A DNA stretch of 63,697 bases, filler included, from Lama guanicoe (Eukaryota), in the NCBI GenBank assembly GCA_013239625.1. It is 200 parts of 200 records of this genome, joined end to end, with 100 filler letters (N's around TTAATTAATTAA, not from the genome) between each part and the next. Parts side by side here need not be neighbours in the genome. Positions count along the whole stretch, not along the records: positions 60,289 to 60,507 come from PNXV01040077.1; positions 60,608 to 60,826 come from PNXV01040078.1; positions 60,927 to 61,145 come from PNXV01040079.1; positions 61,246 to 61,464 come from PNXV01040080.1; positions 61,565 to 61,783 come from PNXV01040081.1; positions 61,884 to 62,102 come from PNXV01040082.1; positions 62,203 to 62,421 come from PNXV01040083.1; positions 62,522 to 62,740 come from PNXV01040084.1; 192 more parts are not named here. One strand, 5' to 3'. A model generated the notes under the pieces. The model had not been told where the DNA came from. It saw only the letters and a program-made list of their open reading frames with translations, and searched no databases. Position 1 is the first letter of the stretch. Each line of letters begins with the position of its first letter. Below are positions 60,189-63,697 of the stretch, piece by piece. Made by a program: the position numbers and the translations under genes.

Positions 60189-63100
60189 NNNNNNNNNNNN
60201 NNNNNNNNNNNNNNNNNNNNNNNNNNNNNNNNTTAATTAATTAANNNNNNNNNNNNNNNNNNNNNNNNNNNNNNNNNNNNNNNNNNNNTAATAAAGTTCA
60301 CAACACGGCCATTTGCTTCAGTGTAGCTGCTTTGAGAATGCCCGTGGAGAGTCGTGAACTGATTTAATATAGCACGTTTATCCACTGCAATTTGTTTTGG
60401 TGGTATAACTTACATTGATGATGGAGGAGAAATATCAACTCTGATCAGAGTATTTGTATCACTAATTATGTGGCTAGTAGAGGGCTTTCTTATAAGAGGC
60501 ATGTTTANNNNNNNNNNNNNNNNNNNNNNNNNNNNNNNNNNNNNNNNNNNNTTAATTAATTAANNNNNNNNNNNNNNNNNNNNNNNNNNNNNNNNNNNNN
60601 NNNNNNNTTTAATTCTTTGTTCATATACCAGGGTATTCCTTCCCCGGTTGGTAAGTGATGAACAGCAGGGAGCTGCCTTACCTCTGCAGAAAGCATGAAA
60701 ACTCTAGAGCTTCTATTAGACTTTGCTAGAATTAAAAATCTACCACCACAGCCGGGAAAATGAACAAAAACAGCTCCTACATAGAATAAGTATCGTATGA
60801 TTTTCATTTTACTTGCTGTCTTGCTGNNNNNNNNNNNNNNNNNNNNNNNNNNNNNNNNNNNNNNNNNNNNTTAATTAATTAANNNNNNNNNNNNNNNNNN
60901 NNNNNNNNNNNNNNNNNNNNNNNNNNACATCATTATTGTTATGTAATCTTGTTATTAAATATATTAATCATAATCGTAAGTTATGTGTTATATATTATGT
61001 AGATGCATGAATAATATATTATGCACATAAGCACCTACATATGTAGTATATACTATTTGCTAGTAAATAATCAGAACATAATATGCTAGTATATATACTA
61101 CTATTGTGTATTATTTAATAAATAATAACATACTATATCCTGTTANNNNNNNNNNNNNNNNNNNNNNNNNNNNNNNNNNNNNNNNNNNNTTAATTAATTA
61201 ANNNNNNNNNNNNNNNNNNNNNNNNNNNNNNNNNNNNNNNNNNNNCACTGCATGAAATTCAAACCAGCACAAAGAAAAATACTGAGAAACCAGAGTAATA
61301 CTTTCTACTGCTCGCCATTCCCTTTAAGATAGATGAACGAATGCCTCCATATATGCTCAATTCTGAGAGATAAATGTGTGTAAAAGCCGTCAATCATTTA
61401 GCTTGTTGGGAACACACAGTTCCTTTCAGTGAGAAACTAATCTACATACATATATATGGGGGGGNNNNNNNNNNNNNNNNNNNNNNNNNNNNNNNNNNNN
61501 NNNNNNNNTTAATTAATTAANNNNNNNNNNNNNNNNNNNNNNNNNNNNNNNNNNNNNNNNNNNNTCTTTAAAGTTTTCTACATGGCAAGTCTAGTAATTT
61601 GATTAATTTAAAAGATAAACATTAGCTTTAAGTCTTATACTTTATTATTATGTCACTGTTTTATTTATTCATTTAACCATTAATTCATTTATACATTAAA
61701 GCAGTTTTTTTCAATTTTATTATTTTTCGATTAGACAAATGATAACACAGTGGGGAGGCAACATGATAAAAGGTTCAAATATGNNNNNNNNNNNNNNNNN
61801 NNNNNNNNNNNNNNNNNNNNNNNNNNNTTAATTAATTAANNNNNNNNNNNNNNNNNNNNNNNNNNNNNNNNNNNNNNNNNNNNTGAGGTCTTCTAGGCTC
61901 CTCTCTTGCCCCCCCAGTTCCAGCCCTTCCAACAACTGTTTCACCAGGAGGGTATATTTTGGTTTGCTTGTTTTGTTTTGCTTTATTTATTTAGTTTTTA
62001 GAATTTTTTTAGTTTAGTTTCCCTGGTAAACATCATAAATTTTATTAATGCTAAAAAACTTGATATGAATAAATAGGTAAAGATTAATTAAAACATGTTT
62101 ACNNNNNNNNNNNNNNNNNNNNNNNNNNNNNNNNNNNNNNNNNNNNTTAATTAATTAANNNNNNNNNNNNNNNNNNNNNNNNNNNNNNNNNNNNNNNNNN
62201 NNAACTGACTATACTTCAATAAAATATATAGATATATACCAAAAAAAGGACTATTATATAATTGTGTTCCTCTACTTAAGAAGTTCTATATTTAAGCCCT
62301 TCTGCAAGGAGCTTCTTAAAATATTTGACCAGCTATCAGTTATGCCCACAGAGGCATGTTTTGCCTACAATGACTAGAGCCTTGTGATTAACTGCAAAAT
62401 TTCTGATTACTATATTTAAAANNNNNNNNNNNNNNNNNNNNNNNNNNNNNNNNNNNNNNNNNNNNTTAATTAATTAANNNNNNNNNNNNNNNNNNNNNNN
62501 NNNNNNNNNNNNNNNNNNNNNATTACCACAGTTATGTAGGATTTTGACATCGGGGGAAGCCGGATACAGGGTGTACAGCAGCCTTCTGTCAAATCTTTGC
62601 AATTGTCCGGAGATCTAAAATTATTTCAATAAGAAAAGTTTTTTAAAAATCACTGAAAAAAATGTAATGAAAACCTATGTGAGACTGAAAGGTTTAAGAA
62701 AGTAACATTCAATAAGACAGTTCAAACTGAAAAATTTAAANNNNNNNNNNNNNNNNNNNNNNNNNNNNNNNNNNNNNNNNNNNNTTAATTAATTAANNNN
62801 NNNNNNNNNNNNNNNNNNNNNNNNNNNNNNNNNNNNNNNNTTTTTTTTCAAAGGCGTTTTTGTATATAGATCTTTTTACAGAGATGAATAAAAACCTCAT
62901 TAATCTGAAGAATAAAAGAGAATGACTTCTATCAAAATATTTCTAGTTTTTATGAGGCCTACAGATTTTCTCTATCATTATTAACCACATAATGAAATAA
63001 TTCTGCCATACTGACCACAGCAAGGTTTGTACAACTCACATAGTTGGTATACACCTTGGNNNNNNNNNNNNNNNNNNNNNNNNNNNNNNNNNNNNNNNNN

Positions 63101-63214
63101 NNNTTAATTAATTAANNNNNNNNNNNNNNNNNNNNNNNNNNNNNNNNNNNNNNNNNNNNTTGCAAGGTGTTACTAGGGAAGGAATGAAACTCTCGCCAAA
63201 GCTGATCACATGAT

Positions 63215-63378
63215 TATAATACTAAGAGCTACCACTTACTGAATGCTTACAGAGAACTAGACATTGTTCTAAGGCATTTCTGTATCGAAACTACTTTGCT
63301 GATTAACGGTGACTGACAACGACCCTGCGATCCTAAGTTGAGGACATGGAGGCGGAGCTGTTAAGAAACTTGCTCAGC
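63215..63378 (-). mobile_element. MIR SINE remnant
   Basis: 'gctaccacttactgaatgcttac...agacattgttctaaggc...acaacgaccctg...ttaagaaacttgctc'. Confidence 0.7.
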
Positions 63379-63697
63379 NNNNNNNNNNNNNNNNNNNNNN
63401 NNNNNNNNNNNNNNNNNNNNNNTTAATTAATTAANNNNNNNNNNNNNNNNNNNNNNNNNNNNNNNNNNNNNNNNNNNNAAAGACTCTAAAAGCTAAACAG
63501 CTAGTAGCAATGAGAATTTAATCAATGTACTATGCAGCAAAAATTCTAGGATAAATCTCCTATTTCCACTCAGAAGACAAAGAAAAGGAGCCCCATTGTA
63601 CTAGACAGCACAAAGAAGTCCCTAATTTTCTTCCCTTTTTCTCTTCTTTTTTTCCTCACTCAGCCTTGTTCTAGAGCCAACCTCAGTCTCAAGTCTG

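Larger units (their letters stand above)
1..63697. other. Synthetic pseudo-scaffold of 200 concatenated 218-219 bp fragments
   Basis: Strict 319-bp periodicity: 200x219 + 199x100 - 3 = 63697. The 218-bp fragments are 639-856, 9251-9468 and 22967-23184. Confidence 0.99.

Noticed and set aside
901..60807. Most ORFs in the supplied track
   Set aside because: They reach 60 aa only by reading through Ns to the linker stop, often from non-ATG starts, and many are antisense to repeats.
1..63697. CRISPR-like array or novel repeat-spacer system (constant repeat plus equal-length unique spacers)
   Set aside because: The 'repeat' is a 12-mer embedded in N padding, the 'spacers' are 219-bp mammalian fragments, and there are no cas-like genes. 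It is an assembly linker.

Overview
This window is not a contiguous locus. It is an artificial concatenation of exactly 200 short, unrelated mammalian genomic fragments (197 of 219 bp, 3 of 218 bp), joined by 199 identical 100-bp spacers (44 N + TTAATTAATTAA + 44 N). The 12-mer is a palindrome with stop codons in all six frames, which is why most ORFs in the supplied track run through X's and end in 'N' or 'LIN'. The source is very probably a camelid (alpaca, llama or camel), based on tRNA-Ala-derived SINEs matching the camelid Vic-1 family. Most fragments are interspersed repeats (LINE-1, L2, MIR, MLT1/ERV LTRs, MER20) or anonymous intronic/intergenic DNA. Recognisable genic pieces are IL13RA1 coding exon 1, two ITGA7 exon parts with their 88-nt intron, a NUTM2-like exon with a CGA>TGA stop, an ANKRD26-family 73-nt exon, an ERV-L-class RNase H fragment and several unidentified splice-bounded exons. 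Four fragments are circularly permuted pieces of one ~265-bp satellite. Two near-identical fragment pairs have exactly 49-nt identical flanks, the signature of de Bruijn assembly bubbles. Because adjacency is artificial, no multi-gene system, operon or CRISPR array can be supported. All gene and repeat names come from recall, not from database searches.
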